Notes: generated from the letters alone by a model not told the origin. 64,000 nt of DNA from Bacteroidia bacterium (GCA_020845635.1 JADLFI010000001.1:1256-65255); one strand, 5' to 3'; counted from the stretch's first letter, positions 27,040-38,262 are shown. Program-made: numbers and translations.

Positions 27040-27948
27040 ATGTCTAATAAGCTTCTTGTAATTGCCGGTCCTACGGCTGTTGGGAAAACAGCACTAAGTA
27101 TTGAAATTGCATTAAAGTATCACACCGAAATTCTTTCAGCAGATTCCAGACAATTTTACCGTGAAATGAGTATTGGCACTGCCAAGCCAAGCATTGATGA
27201 ATTAAATGCATGCAAGCATCACTTCATAGGTCATGTTAGTGTTAAACAAAACTACACCGCCTCTAATTTTGAAACAGAAGCCTTTGAATTATTAGTTCAA
27301 TTGTTTGAAAAGCATAAGATATTACTGCTTAGTGGTGGTTCGGGTTTGTATATTGACGCACTTTGCAATGGTTTTGATGAAGTACCTGCCTCCAACATTG
27401 AAATAAGAGAACAACTGAAAGATTTATATCAAAAAGAAGGTATTAAAGCATTGCAGCATTTATTAATAAAATATGATGCAAGTTATGCGGCAAAAATCGA
27501 TATGAATAATCCACATCGACTAATTAGAGCTATTGAAATAAATCTAATTTCCGGAATGAATGTGGGTGAATTTTATAAAAAAAACAACAAGCAAAGACCT
27601 TTTGACATTATTAAAGTTTGTTTGACTATGGACAGAAAAAGACTTTATACGCGAATAAATAATAGGGTGGATGAGATGATTGAGAAAGGGCTTGAAGATG
27701 AGGCCTTGTCTCTTTATCACTTAAAACATATAAATTCCCTGCAAACTGTAGGCTATAAAGAGTTTTTTGACTACTTTGAAGGAAAAACAGATTATAATGA
27801 AGCAGTAGAAAAAATAAAACAAAATACCCGTAATTATGCTAAGCGTCAATTAACTTGGTTTAGGAGAGATAAAGCATATTATTGGTTTGACATAGATACA
27901 GAAAAAGAAGAATTGATGCAGTTTATTGAGTCAAAAATTAGAAGCTGA
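27040..27948 (+). CDS. miaA: tRNA dimethylallyltransferase
   Basis: GPTAVGKT, SADSRQFY, IGTAKP, GGSGLY, QTVGYKE, RNYAKRQLTWF. Confidence 0.96.
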   Translation: MSNKLLVIAGPTAVGKTALSIEIALKYHTEILSADSRQFYREMSIGTAKPSIDELNACKHHFIGHVSVKQNYTASNFETEAFELLVQLFEKHKILLLSGGSGLYIDALCNGFDEVPASNIEIREQLKDLYQKEGIKALQHLLIKYDASYAAKIDMNNPHRLIRAIEINLISGMNVGEFYKKNNKQRPFDIIKVCLTMDRKRLYTRINNRVDEMIEKGLEDEALSLYHLKHINSLQTVGYKEFFDYFEGKTDYNEAVEKIKQNTRNYAKRQLTWFRRDKAYYWFDIDTEKEELMQFIESKIRS

Positions 27949-28024
27949 TAATCAATTAGAAAATATAGGGAATTAGTTGATTTAATTTGGAATAAATAAG
28001 GAAAATAAAATAGAATTAAATGAA

Positions 28025-30037
28025 CTAAAAGTTACAGATAACATTGACAAAAAAACTTCTCCCCATTCTTGGGATTCTGTTCCAGTCGGCAAAGGTAGTG
28101 TAATATTTATCTAAAACATTTTCAACTCCGACTTTTAAGATGATAGAACTTTTATCCCAATTAAAAGATTTTGAAACAGATGAATTAAACACAGTATAGG
28201 CAGGAAGCGGCTGTTCTCCAAATGTCGGATTGTAATTTGATTGCTTTGTTGCGCCCGAAATACCTGCATTGGCCGAAAAACTACTTAGCGTATAAATAAT
28301 TTCTGAATGATAACTTAATGGCTGTATTAAGGGCAAATTAATATTGTTTGCACCTATACCTCTGCGGTACAATACTTTTCCGCTCCACTTTAAGTTGCTA
28401 TTATACCGATACACTAGTGATAAATTGGCATTGTACAAATGAGCATAACTTAACTGCTCATATATTCTCACCCCTGATGCTCCAATGGTCATTGCACTTA
28501 AATAACTCACCGGCATTCCAATAATATAATTGCTCATATAAAAATACGAGGTAGATAGCTTTGCATTAAAGTGTAATGATTTATAGTTCAATGAAGAATT
28601 CGCTGAAACAGATTTCTCATTTTTCATTTCCGGATTACCAATATAATCATAGCGATCAAAACTATTAAATAGATAATAACCGTAACCTTCAGAAACACTT
28701 GGTGCTCTTTCTCCATAGGCTATACCTGCCACAAAGTTCCACGGATTTTGTGTGTATTTAAAATTGACAGACAAACGTGGTAATAATCGCAATTTATTTC
28801 TTTCCAAATCATTGTAAAATATCTGAAGGCTTTGGAAACCCAAACTATCATATATTTCATTTAACTGCAGGGCAACCCCCGCATTAGCAATAGCTTCCCA
28901 ATTAAAGTTGATGGGAATAATATCTTCGGCATATAAATCCACATAATTGGTGTAAACACCCGGCCAGGTAAGCATATACATGTCCTTTTGTCCAACAATA
29001 TTTGAAAACATGGTCATCTCCGCTAAAGAATTGTTATGATGACCGCTTAGGTTTAATTTCCAGGAATGATCATCAAAAACACCTTCCAGCAAAGAGTAAA
29101 AGCCACCGGTACTACTTTTGCCCGGCATATCCATTCTAATAGGTACATTAGGACGTTTTGAGTCGTCCATAGCATGAGCAATAGTATTGTAATATACTTT
29201 TGTTCTCCACATCAACAAATTTTCGGAAATATGATGTTGCAAATATTCAACCGAGCCAATAAATGCTTTGGCATAAGCCACATCCATAGGTAATGCCGGA
29301 TAACCAATATTTATGGCGTGATCGTATATAAAGGATGATTCAATTTGTTTATGTTCAGTAATTTTTACTCCAATATTGGCCGAGGTATTAAACTTAGTAT
29401 ATTGCGAGTATGGAATCAATATTCCTTTACCTGCCTTGTAGTTTTCGGCATCTCTGAAAGTAAAATCAAAATCAGTATAAAAACGTTTGCTGCTTTGTGA
29501 TAAACCAAAGCCTCCTATTTTTTGTAAATTATTTGATTCCAAACCTCCAAATAGTAAACCTTTAAATTGTTTTTCACCAAAGCTGCTTTTTTTACGAACT
29601 AAATCAAGGCTTCCGGCAATCGTTGCTCCTCCTGTTGAGCCCGACTGTCCATGATGTAAATCGGCTTTCTCTAAATTTGTGATTTCAACATAAGAAGTAA
29701 CAGGATCCATTTTATCGGTACAGGCCGAGTAGATTCTCATGCCATCAATAGTAATAACACTGCGTTCTGTAGCCATTCCGTTAATATAAGGTTCAGAAGC
29801 ATAACTACCTCTTTGTATCATATTTACGGCATCGGTACTTTCCAGGTATTTTTCCAGATTTGATAATGGCTTGGTTGTTTTATCGCTTAAAGAGGTATTT
29901 GAAATGATAATTACTTCATCTAAATTCTGTCGTTTAAGTGTATCCCCTTGTGGGGCATTGTTTTGTCCAAATGCTACACTAATACTATGGCAAGCAATAA
30001 ATAAACAGATATATATATGAGGAAATTGAGATTTCAT
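28025..30037 (-). CDS. TonB-dependent receptor, probable copper-type (OprC-like motifs)
   Basis: Signal peptide, LDEVII, plug with C-x3-M (ACTDKMDP), HxM (HAMDD), RMDMPG; C-terminal GVENVLDKYY...GRSFFVNVICNF. Confidence 0.8.
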   Translation of the reverse strand: MKSQFPHIYICLFIACHSISVAFGQNNAPQGDTLKRQNLDEVIIISNTSLSDKTTKPLSNLEKYLESTDAVNMIQRGSYASEPYINGMATERSVITIDGMRIYSACTDKMDPVTSYVEITNLEKADLHHGQSGSTGGATIAGSLDLVRKKSSFGEKQFKGLLFGGLESNNLQKIGGFGLSQSSKRFYTDFDFTFRDAENYKAGKGILIPYSQYTKFNTSANIGVKITEHKQIESSFIYDHAINIGYPALPMDVAYAKAFIGSVEYLQHHISENLLMWRTKVYYNTIAHAMDDSKRPNVPIRMDMPGKSSTGGFYSLLEGVFDDHSWKLNLSGHHNNSLAEMTMFSNIVGQKDMYMLTWPGVYTNYVDLYAEDIIPINFNWEAIANAGVALQLNEIYDSLGFQSLQIFYNDLERNKLRLLPRLSVNFKYTQNPWNFVAGIAYGERAPSVSEGYGYYLFNSFDRYDYIGNPEMKNEKSVSANSSLNYKSLHFNAKLSTSYFYMSNYIIGMPVSYLSAMTIGASGVRIYEQLSYAHLYNANLSLVYRYNSNLKWSGKVLYRRGIGANNINLPLIQPLSYHSEIIYTLSSFSANAGISGATKQSNYNPTFGEQPLPAYTVFNSSVSKSFNWDKSSIILKVGVENVLDKYYTTFADWNRIPRMGRSFFVNVICNF

Positions 30038-30079
30038 GTAGAAACATAGTTAAGATGGAAAGATTTTAAAGTTAAATCA

Positions 30080-30991
30080 TTAAAATTCAATTTCAAAATA
30101 TATACTACTCTCTCCAACGGTTACAGAAATAGCTTCGCCTTTTAAAATATTTCCGTTAGAGTCTTCAAGAATTAAATTTATTTTCCAATAACCTGTCATG
30201 GTAAGATTTAGTTGACCATGATAAAACTCGGCATTAAGTTGTGTTAAGTTAACATTGTTAGGTGAGCTATGATTATTCATTCCAGGCATTCTTGGGTCAA
30301 TTAAAATTTTATAATTTGATACCGGAACAAAACTTGATTGGCTTTCCATTTTAAATAAAGCCGCTTTAATATTATTTACTCCTACTTTAGGAACACTTGG
30401 TTCTATTAGGGCAATAATATATTTATTATTATCACTTCCAACAAAGGAGACATACTTTTTTCTAGCAGATTCAACAATTTCTATTTTATCACTTACCGAA
30501 AAATTTGTACCGTTTACAACATAATTCAAAGTAAGAGTCCAAAATTCAGAACTATTGCCGGCCATTTGAAAAATAATATTACCGGTATATACCGTAGTTG
30601 AGTTAGGCTTCTTTTCAATTCCCGAAACCGGTGAGCCATGTGCCATTGAAGTCATTTCCATCCATGTTGACCAGGTGGCTGTGGCATTGTCAACATAAGA
30701 GCCATTAGGATTTTTAATGGTAAAATATACTTGATTATAACCGGTTTGAAACTTGCCGTTAGAAGTATAAAATTCAACCGTATGAGTACCATTATTCATT
30801 GATTTTATCAGTTGTAAACCTTCTGTTTCTGAAGGATAAATACAACTACCGTCATCTTTCTTGGCTTTTTTATTGTAGTTGCTTGCTTTTTCATCAGTAC
30901 ATCCCTCTTTTTTACAACCGGTAAATGAAACAAACATTACACTAATGAGTAGAGCTTTTATGAACACTGAGTATTTAATAGCTGATTTCAT
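30080..30991 (-). CDS. FixH/YtkA-like lipoprotein with Met/His motifs
   Basis: Lipobox FTGC; GCTDEKASNYN...DDGSC motif; MEMTSMAHGSP; DPRMPGMNNHSSPNN; LNLTMTGYWKINL. Confidence 0.7.
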   Translation of the reverse strand: MKSAIKYSVFIKALLISVMFVSFTGCKKEGCTDEKASNYNKKAKKDDGSCIYPSETEGLQLIKSMNNGTHTVEFYTSNGKFQTGYNQVYFTIKNPNGSYVDNATATWSTWMEMTSMAHGSPVSGIEKKPNSTTVYTGNIIFQMAGNSSEFWTLTLNYVVNGTNFSVSDKIEIVESARKKYVSFVGSDNNKYIIALIEPSVPKVGVNNIKAALFKMESQSSFVPVSNYKILIDPRMPGMNNHSSPNNVNLTQLNAEFYHGQLNLTMTGYWKINLILEDSNGNILKGEAISVTVGESSIYFEIEF

Positions 30992-31177
30992 TATTATTTG
31001 GTTTAATGATTTATTCTACAATAGTACCTTCAAAAAAATGTATATAAAATGACTAAAATCAGTAAAGAAATATATTATCATTCCTTAACAATTTTAAAGA
31101 ATTGTTATTTTTCAGAGATAAAACTCTCCGTAAGGAATCCTTTACTGTTGCAATTAATAACCTATAAAACAAACCAA

Positions 31178-31429
31178 TTATTCATTTTCGGTTTCGGGTT
31201 CGTACCATTCGCCACGATGTGGGCGTAGTTTATCGCGATATTCAATCATTTTCTCTTCCGGAACAATAAAATATGCAATAGAATACATGGAGCTTAATTC
31301 TTCAAAACCTACTAGGTTTTTTTCTACTTGATTATCTTCTGCAAATTCAGTTAAATGATGCGCATGATGCTCAGCAGTACCCCGTGCATCGGGTCCCCTA
31401 AAATCCCATATCAATTTAATTTTCTTCAT
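31178..31429 (-). CDS. hypothetical protein (83 aa)
   Basis: Clean ORF in the pyrD/HMG-CoA lyase run; IKLIWDFRG...TAEHHAHHL. Confidence 0.75.
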   Translation of the reverse strand: MKKIKLIWDFRGPDARGTAEHHAHHLTEFAEDNQVEKNLVGFEELSSMYSIAYFIVPEEKMIEYRDKLRPHRGEWYEPETENE

Positions 31430-31456
31430 ATCTAATGCTTGATTTGGTAAAAATAA

Positions 31457-32323
31457 TTATATCAACTTGCCAAAAACCTCTTTAGCCTTGGTGTAGGCGT
31501 AATTAAGTTCGGTATTATTTAAACCATGATTAATTTGGTGCTCCTCAAAAAACTGAATTAAACTTTCTGTAGCCAAGTTACCTGTAAGTTCTTCTTTTGC
31601 CATAGGACAACCCCCAATACCATGTATAGCACCATCAAATCTGCGACAACCTGACTCATAAGTAGCTTTAATTTTTTCAAAACGAGTTTCAGGAGTGGAG
31701 TGTAAGTGAGCTCCTATTTCGGCATTTTTAAACTCCGGAATAACTTTACCAAATAGGTCATTTATGTTTTCTTTGTTTGAACAACCTATAGTATCTGACA
31801 TAGCAAAAATTCTAATCCCTCTTTCATATAATTGGGCTGTATATTTTACTGCTATATCACCGTTCCATATATCTCCATAAGGATTCCCGAAGGCCATGGA
31901 AATGTATATCACCAGTTCTTTTCCATGTTTTAAACATAAGTTCTGAATATCTTCAACACGCCCTAACGATTCGGTTATACTCGAATTGGTATTACGTTGC
32001 TGAAAAGTTTCTGAAATAGAAAATGGGAATCCTAAATATTTAATTTCTTCAAAATGGCAAGCGTCTTCAGTACCCCTTTGATTAGCAATAATTGCTAATA
32101 ATTTTGATTGGGTTTTGCTTAAATCTAATAAACTTAAAACTTCTGCCGTATCGCGCAGTTGCGGTATAGCCTTAGGAGATACAAAACTACCAAAGTCAAT
32201 AGTGTCAAACCCTACTTTTAATAGTTGATTAATATAGTCGGCTTTTACCTGTGTGGGAATAAACTCATGAATTCCCTGCATAGCATCGCGCGGGCACTCA
32301 ATTAATTTAACTTCTGTGCTCAT
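31457..32323 (-). CDS. hmgL: hydroxymethylglutaryl-CoA lyase
   Basis: [38 protein letters not shown]. Confidence 0.9.
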   Translation of the reverse strand: MSTEVKLIECPRDAMQGIHEFIPTQVKADYINQLLKVGFDTIDFGSFVSPKAIPQLRDTAEVLSLLDLSKTQSKLLAIIANQRGTEDACHFEEIKYLGFPFSISETFQQRNTNSSITESLGRVEDIQNLCLKHGKELVIYISMAFGNPYGDIWNGDIAVKYTAQLYERGIRIFAMSDTIGCSNKENINDLFGKVIPEFKNAEIGAHLHSTPETRFEKIKATYESGCRRFDGAIHGIGGCPMAKEELTGNLATESLIQFFEEHQINHGLNNTELNYAYTKAKEVFGKLI

Positions 32324-33356
32324 AAATATTATTTCTTAAAATTTCATTATTAATCTCTTTAATTAGTCTTGGGCCTTCGTAAATAAATCCGGTGTAAAGT
32401 TGTATTAAACTTGCCCCGGCTTTTAGTTTATCAATCGCATCTTGTGCACTGTGTATGCCTCCAACTCCAATAATTGGAAATTTTCCCCCGGATTTTTCAT
32501 ATAAATATCTTATAACTTCTGTTGAGCGTTGTTTTAATGGTTTGCCGCTAATGCCACCTGTACCAAGTTTTAGGGCATTTTCTTTTTCGGCATGAAGCAA
32601 ATTCCGGTCAATAGTGGTATTGGTTGCAATAACACCATGAATTTTTGTTGTATTTACAATTTCTATAATATCATCAAGTTGCGAATTGCTGAGGTCGGGT
32701 GCAATCTTTAACAAAACTGGTTTTACTTTTTCTTTGGTATGGTTAAATTTCATTATTTGTTTCAAAATATTTGTCAAAGGTTCTTTCTCTTGCAAATCGC
32801 GCAGATTTGGGGTGTTAGGCGAACTTACATTGACCACAAAATAATCTACCACATCATATAAAGTTTCAAAACATTTCAGGTAATCATTTACAGCATCTTC
32901 GTTAGAGGTAATTTTATTCTTTCCAATATTACCGCCAATAATAATATCTGATTTATTCTCTTTTAATCGCATAGCGGCTGCCAACGAGCCCTCATTGTTG
33001 AAACCCATACGGTTTAGAAGTGCTTCTTCTTTGGGTAATCTGAACAGCCTTGGCTTGTCATTTCCAGGCTGAGCCAAAGGGGTTACCGTACCAATTTCAA
33101 TAAACCCAAAACCAAAATTTTTAAGTTGATGAAACATCTTGGCATCTTTGTCAAAACCTGCGGCTAAGCCTACTCTGTTCTTAAAACTTAACCCAAACAG
33201 GTTAACTCCTAGGTCGGTATTTTGTGTATAATATATTTTTCTACAAATCGTAGATGCTCCGGGAATTTTAAAAAGAACTTTAAGTAAGAAAAAAGTAAAA
33301 TAATGTGCTTTTTCCGGTGTAAGCAGAAAAAGAAACCATCTTATAAATTTATACAT
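32307..33356 (-). CDS. pyrD: quinone-dependent dihydroorotate dehydrogenase
   Basis: [41 protein letters not shown]. Confidence 0.96.
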   Translation of the reverse strand: MYKFIRWFLFLLTPEKAHYFTFFLLKVLFKIPGASTICRKIYYTQNTDLGVNLFGLSFKNRVGLAAGFDKDAKMFHQLKNFGFGFIEIGTVTPLAQPGNDKPRLFRLPKEEALLNRMGFNNEGSLAAAMRLKENKSDIIIGGNIGKNKITSNEDAVNDYLKCFETLYDVVDYFVVNVSSPNTPNLRDLQEKEPLTNILKQIMKFNHTKEKVKPVLLKIAPDLSNSQLDDIIEIVNTTKIHGVIATNTTIDRNLLHAEKENALKLGTGGISGKPLKQRSTEVIRYLYEKSGGKFPIIGVGGIHSAQDAIDKLKAGASLIQLYTGFIYEGPRLIKEINNEILRNNIYEHRS

Positions 33357-33368
33357 AATGGCATTTTC

Positions 33369-35165
33369 CTATTTATTAATACAAATCTTTTTGGTGTATT
33401 GTGACTGACTTGTATTGAACACTATATGATATACACCGGCATCATAAGATGTGCAATTAATGAATAAATTTTTGCTCCCTGCTTGAATTTCTCCGTTGAA
33501 TAACTCGTCAATCTTACGCCCAACCATATCATATACCGCAACATTCAAGGAGGTACTTGAGTTACTATAAACCGGAATACAACTAATGGCATTACCCGGA
33601 TTAGGATAAATATCTTTAATCTCAAATTCGTTTTCAACTCCAAAAATATGAGCAGTGGTTATATCAACATTAAATTTCCAGTAGCCCAAGGGAGCAGTTA
33701 TAGGTCTTACCTGGTGCTTGCCGGAATGGCTAACAGCATCAATATAATAATATACTGTTGAACCTGCTGCTTGAGCAGGTATATAGCCGGTCCAGTTGTT
33801 ATTGGCGGCATTGGTTAAAGTCATGGGTACTGATTGATAACCTTGGGAAGTATCGGTAGTAAAATATATGGCTGCCTGCTGAATACCGCTCTTGTGTTTA
33901 ATAAAAGCATCAACCTGATAAGGAGTTGAACTATTACCGGTATTGGGTAAAGGTTGATGACTTATTAATAAAGGATTGTAGGCACCAACTGTATTGGTAA
34001 TACAGTGTATAGCTCCCAATTGAGAAATTATGTTCGATGATGAATTATCACAGTCTATTCCAACAATATTATAGCCGGGCAAAGCATTTCCTAATATTCG
34101 GGCAGCAATAGTATCGTACTCCTGACGATAATAAGGAACTATTACAGTTTTATTGATAAATACACAATTAGTGTAAGTGCGATAAGAAGCGTTTCCAAAA
34201 GGACTTCCGGGATTAGCCCCTGAACTACTTGGAGGCATAGGTATGCGTATAACTTTATAAGGAGTACCAAAAATAGAATTAAAATTGCTCAATACATATT
34301 GTAGGTTAGCCTCTATTTGCGGACCATCGGAAATACCCTGAGGATATTCTCCTACCAAAAGTGTTTCTTCGTCAAGTAATTTTATATGCATATCAATATG
34401 ATGTATCACATCATACGGTAATGCTTCCATTTTTATATAGCGATTTATACCTTGAAATTTTTTTACAATAGTATCAATCTGTGCTTCAGTTTTGGCACTT
34501 ACACCATACGGATTTCCGGCTTCATTTTCGTTTAATATAAGCTTTGAGGCAAAGGCTGTCCCAAAGCCATCAACCATCCAATTGCCACCGGTATTCACAA
34601 GGTCATTAGGTGCTTGAGTAGTGCTGTACAAAGGAATTCCCATAAAGTTCATTTGTGCCACAGGCATTATATCATCATCAGGTCTTGGTCGGTTATAAAT
34701 CCATTCTACCATAATGAGCGAGTCAACATCGTTAAGATATGCTGTGTGAGCACTATAATCACGAAGCCATATACTATTAAATGATGTAATCAAATATTTC
34801 ACATTAGTAAGCGGTATGTTTTGTTGGATTAAATAATTTTTTACTTGGTTTGAGTCTGTGCAACTGATTATAACTTCACATTCTTCCTGTGCAGCATCAA
34901 CTATTTGTGATAAAATTGAGGGAAATCCTGTCCAGGTAATCAGCAATGCTTGTACTTCTTCCCACTCGGCTGCGGTACGTACCGGCAAGGTAGGAGGGCT
35001 GGTAATACTATTGATACCTCTATGAGGAGTTGTTAAATTCAAAGGAAGCTTTTGTATTTCATCCTGAGTAAGAAAATGAGGTAAATTTTCTTGTGCCCTA
35101 ACAGTCATACTAACTATAATAAAAAGTGCTATAATTGTATAAAATTTAGTATTCCGATTAATCAT
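33369..35165 (-). CDS. agmatine/peptidylarginine deiminase family protein with T9SS type A CTD
   Basis: AEWEE, WLRDY, GGN, HHIDM, GAIHCIT (catalytic Cys); CTD IYPNP...YDMVGRKI...GVYHI. Confidence 0.88.
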   Translation of the reverse strand: MINRNTKFYTIIALFIIVSMTVRAQENLPHFLTQDEIQKLPLNLTTPHRGINSITSPPTLPVRTAAEWEEVQALLITWTGFPSILSQIVDAAQEECEVIISCTDSNQVKNYLIQQNIPLTNVKYLITSFNSIWLRDYSAHTAYLNDVDSLIMVEWIYNRPRPDDDIMPVAQMNFMGIPLYSTTQAPNDLVNTGGNWMVDGFGTAFASKLILNENEAGNPYGVSAKTEAQIDTIVKKFQGINRYIKMEALPYDVIHHIDMHIKLLDEETLLVGEYPQGISDGPQIEANLQYVLSNFNSIFGTPYKVIRIPMPPSSSGANPGSPFGNASYRTYTNCVFINKTVIVPYYRQEYDTIAARILGNALPGYNIVGIDCDNSSSNIISQLGAIHCITNTVGAYNPLLISHQPLPNTGNSSTPYQVDAFIKHKSGIQQAAIYFTTDTSQGYQSVPMTLTNAANNNWTGYIPAQAAGSTVYYYIDAVSHSGKHQVRPITAPLGYWKFNVDITTAHIFGVENEFEIKDIYPNPGNAISCIPVYSNSSTSLNVAVYDMVGRKIDELFNGEIQAGSKNLFINCTSYDAGVYHIVFNTSQSQYTKKICINK

Positions 35166-35203
35166 TGTTTTTTATTTTTATTGGTTAAAATTAAATATTT
35201 ATT

Positions 35204-36139
35204 TTGAAATATCAGTCCTTATCAGTATACAAATATTTTATACTTATTAACCTTGGCTTGGCAATGTTTTTGTGCGGAGTTAAACATGCAAATGCCCGGC
35301 AAAGTGATACGGCAGTTGTTAATAACAAACGACTTAGAAATGTTGTTATAGCTGAAAGTTCTATATATGGACTTAGCATGACCGGTCTGTACCAGTTGTG
35401 GTATAAAGGTTACCCGAAAGAGTCATTTCATTTTTTTAATGATAACAACGAGTGGTTACAGATGGACAAATTAGGTCATGCATTTTCTGCATATTATGTG
35501 GGATTGGTAGGAATGGAGGCACTTAGGTGGTCAGGCGTTGATAAAACAAAAAGTATTTGGCTTGGTGGGGGGTTGGGTTTTATTTTCTTATCAACCATTG
35601 AGGTGTTTGACGGATTTTCAGGTGGTTGGGGCTTTTCTACGGGTGATATGATGGCTAATTTGGGTGGGTATTTATTATGCGCAGGGCAGCAGCAGTGGTT
35701 GAATAAGCAAATAGTAATGCTTAAGTTTAGTTATTCTCCAAGTCCTTACGCTACAGCTAGACCTAATGTATTGGGTTCAAACTATGTTCAGAGCCTGTTT
35801 AAAGATTACAACGGACAAACCTATTGGTTAAGTTTTGCCCCGGCCGATTTTATGGCTGAGGATATTAAGTTTCCAAAATGGTTGTCTTTAGCGGTTGGTT
35901 ATAGTGCCTCAGGCATGTATGGTGGGTTTAATAATATTTGGGAATCGAAAGGAGTAAGCTATGATTTTAGTAGTGTAGAACGAAAAAGAGAATTGTTATT
36001 TTCATTGGATATAAATTTATGGCGGGTAAAAACTCGTAACAGAACTCTGAACAATGTTTTAAAAACCATTGGATTTATAAAAGTTCCTTTTCCGGCTTAT
36101 GAATTTATGTCAAAGAAATTTTATCCTTTTTATTTCTAA
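35204..36139 (+). CDS. DUF2279/YfiM-family membrane protein
   Basis: FHFFNDNNEWLQMDKLGH, GFS.GD..AN, KDYNGQTYWLS. Confidence 0.8.
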   Translation: MKYQSLSVYKYFILINLGLAMFLCGVKHANARQSDTAVVNNKRLRNVVIAESSIYGLSMTGLYQLWYKGYPKESFHFFNDNNEWLQMDKLGHAFSAYYVGLVGMEALRWSGVDKTKSIWLGGGLGFIFLSTIEVFDGFSGGWGFSTGDMMANLGGYLLCAGQQQWLNKQIVMLKFSYSPSPYATARPNVLGSNYVQSLFKDYNGQTYWLSFAPADFMAEDIKFPKWLSLAVGYSASGMYGGFNNIWESKGVSYDFSSVERKRELLFSLDINLWRVKTRNRTLNNVLKTIGFIKVPFPAYEFMSKKFYPFYF

Positions 36140-36146
36140 GAAAATT

Positions 36147-38159
36147 TTATTCAACTGTAATACTAACCTTATCAAGCCAAATTTTTTCTTTCCCTGAATT
36201 GCTAAAATATAAATTACATTTTCGCGAGTTTATCAGATTAATATTTTCTTTTAAGACAATTTGGTAGCTACTAAAATTTGAGTGTTTTTTTACCGGAATT
36301 TTTCCCAAATTAAAATCATTTAACTTTATGTTTAACTCGCCTTCATTTATTGGACAGCTCATACTTAATATTATTTTACTTCCTTTCTTTAAATTTCCAT
36401 TAGCTGTAAACGCAATGTTTAACGAACTGTCAATAACAGCGGCCGTAGTATAATCTATGTAATCATTACTACTTTTACTTTGTGTTATTATATTTTGACT
36501 GTATAGCTCAGCTTCAAGAATTACATTTTTACTCCAATAATAGGGATGTTTGTACTCATGCCATTGGTCTAATTGATAAAATACAGGCTTGTCTTCTTCA
36601 CTGTAAATGTAAACACTTCCTTGTCTGCGCGCCTTAACATTGATTGACTTGTGACCTAAATTTACACTGATATTTTTTTCAAACCCTATACCTTTATTAT
36701 AATTAGTTCCTGTTTGCCAAGTGCAGGCTATTAACCATACTTTCTTTTGATTCATTTTTCTGATAACCACCGGGACATCGCTTTCAGGGTATTGAATAAT
36801 TTCATTAGTGTTAGTAATTTTTCCCTGGCGAAGAATTTCTTCATAAAATGAGGTTATGGCTTGTGCATACGCTGGTATAACAGCCTGCCATACGTAATTT
36901 TCGGGAATTGCTACATGTTTTCCGGTATTAAAAAATCCGGTATAGTAAAATTCAGCTCCCATGGCGCCCAACAGTTTAAGTAGTCCCAACCATTGCGCTG
37001 GTCGTATATTGTTGGTTTCAACACTATCCCAACCGGCAGCTACAAAGGGCGAAAATAGGTTGTCTCCTAAATCAATTTCGGTTTTACGACTTATTTCCAG
37101 CCATTTTAATCCATGCCAAGGTCCTTTCCATGTTTTCCAATTATCGGGATAACGCGGGTAAAAGTCAGGGGTTGAATAATATTGATTATTGATTTTAGAG
37201 TTAGACTCACGTACAATTTTGTAATCATGTCTGAATTTATTTTGACCGTCAATAGCGTACACCGTATAAAGGCAGTTGGCCAAAGGAGCCTTATTCATAA
37301 ATGAATTTCTGAAAGCCAGCTCTTTCTCTAATCTTTTTTTTGCCTGATATTCATTCCAACTTAAATCAGGATATTTATTTTTATCGGAAACAACTCTTTT
37401 GTCTTGCGAAAGCATTTTGTCATCATAAAGTCTAAAAACCTCACCATTATCATTAATCATTTGTAATGGTCTTTTCAAGGCACTTAATAATGAGTCAACA
37501 TACATTGATTGGGTTAAAAAATCGCATTTAAGTGATGAAATTGAAGTTATAGGACTGGAGTATTTTTTATCCAACAATTTTCCATTGCTGTCATGTAAAT
37601 AACAGCTATCGGGGAGTTGATGATTGGTAACAAAGGGATATTTGCTGTCGCAACCAATTATGCCTGATTTTACCGGTTGCACCTGCGCCCAAAAACTTAT
37701 CGCAGCAGTGGGCAATTCAGGGTGTTTATTGGCATAGTTTACCCACAAACCAATACTTGAGCTATCTCGGTAATTTTTGTATTGTTTTAAATTATTGCTT
37801 ACTAAAAAATAATAATTCCAATGATAGGCCAACTCGCTTTGTATCATTGTTGATAGAGAATAACAATCTTTAATCTTATATCCTTTTTGTAGAAGTCCAC
37901 CCAAATACAAAGGATCCATCCATAAAAAATTGGGCAATAAACCATGATTTTCTTTAAATTGAGGGTTGGGGAAACTCCTCAATTGGTCTAAAGCACTAAT
38001 ATTTACCTTCGGATGTCCGGGAGCATATTCAAGACTATCAATTTCAGAATTACTTAAAGAGTTTTTAATATTTTGGTATAAATTTTCGGGGCATGACAGT
38101 AGAAATACTGTAATGATAGTTAATGTTATTGATATTTTAACGATTCCCGGGTAAACCAA
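36147..38159 (-). CDS. secreted hypothetical protein (670 aa), possible carbohydrate-active enzyme with C-terminal beta-sandwich
   Basis: Long ORF with N-terminal hydrophobic segment and lipobox-like LLSC; W/Y-rich; family not recognised. Confidence 0.55.
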   Translation of the reverse strand: MVYPGIVKISITLTIITVFLLSCPENLYQNIKNSLSNSEIDSLEYAPGHPKVNISALDQLRSFPNPQFKENHGLLPNFLWMDPLYLGGLLQKGYKIKDCYSLSTMIQSELAYHWNYYFLVSNNLKQYKNYRDSSSIGLWVNYANKHPELPTAAISFWAQVQPVKSGIIGCDSKYPFVTNHQLPDSCYLHDSNGKLLDKKYSSPITSISSLKCDFLTQSMYVDSLLSALKRPLQMINDNGEVFRLYDDKMLSQDKRVVSDKNKYPDLSWNEYQAKKRLEKELAFRNSFMNKAPLANCLYTVYAIDGQNKFRHDYKIVRESNSKINNQYYSTPDFYPRYPDNWKTWKGPWHGLKWLEISRKTEIDLGDNLFSPFVAAGWDSVETNNIRPAQWLGLLKLLGAMGAEFYYTGFFNTGKHVAIPENYVWQAVIPAYAQAITSFYEEILRQGKITNTNEIIQYPESDVPVVIRKMNQKKVWLIACTWQTGTNYNKGIGFEKNISVNLGHKSINVKARRQGSVYIYSEEDKPVFYQLDQWHEYKHPYYWSKNVILEAELYSQNIITQSKSSNDYIDYTTAAVIDSSLNIAFTANGNLKKGSKIILSMSCPINEGELNIKLNDFNLGKIPVKKHSNFSSYQIVLKENINLINSRKCNLYFSNSGKEKIWLDKVSITVE

Positions 38160-38262
38160 AATATTGAAGATTTAATTCAAATAAAGTTTGGTTGATTATA
38201 TTGCTGATAACCACTTTTAAGTATTACGAGAGAAAAAAAATAATAAAAGGAATAAAATTTTT

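Noticed and set aside
26799-27047. Met-rich 82-aa ORF
   Set aside because: It is an alternative frame of the GAT/GAA-rich acidic tail.
31142-31151. Cobalamin riboswitch upstream of the lipoprotein/TonB receptor pair
   Set aside because: Only a GCAACAGTAA fragment resembles the consensus; the GGGAA core and B12 box were not found. An Infernal search would settle it.
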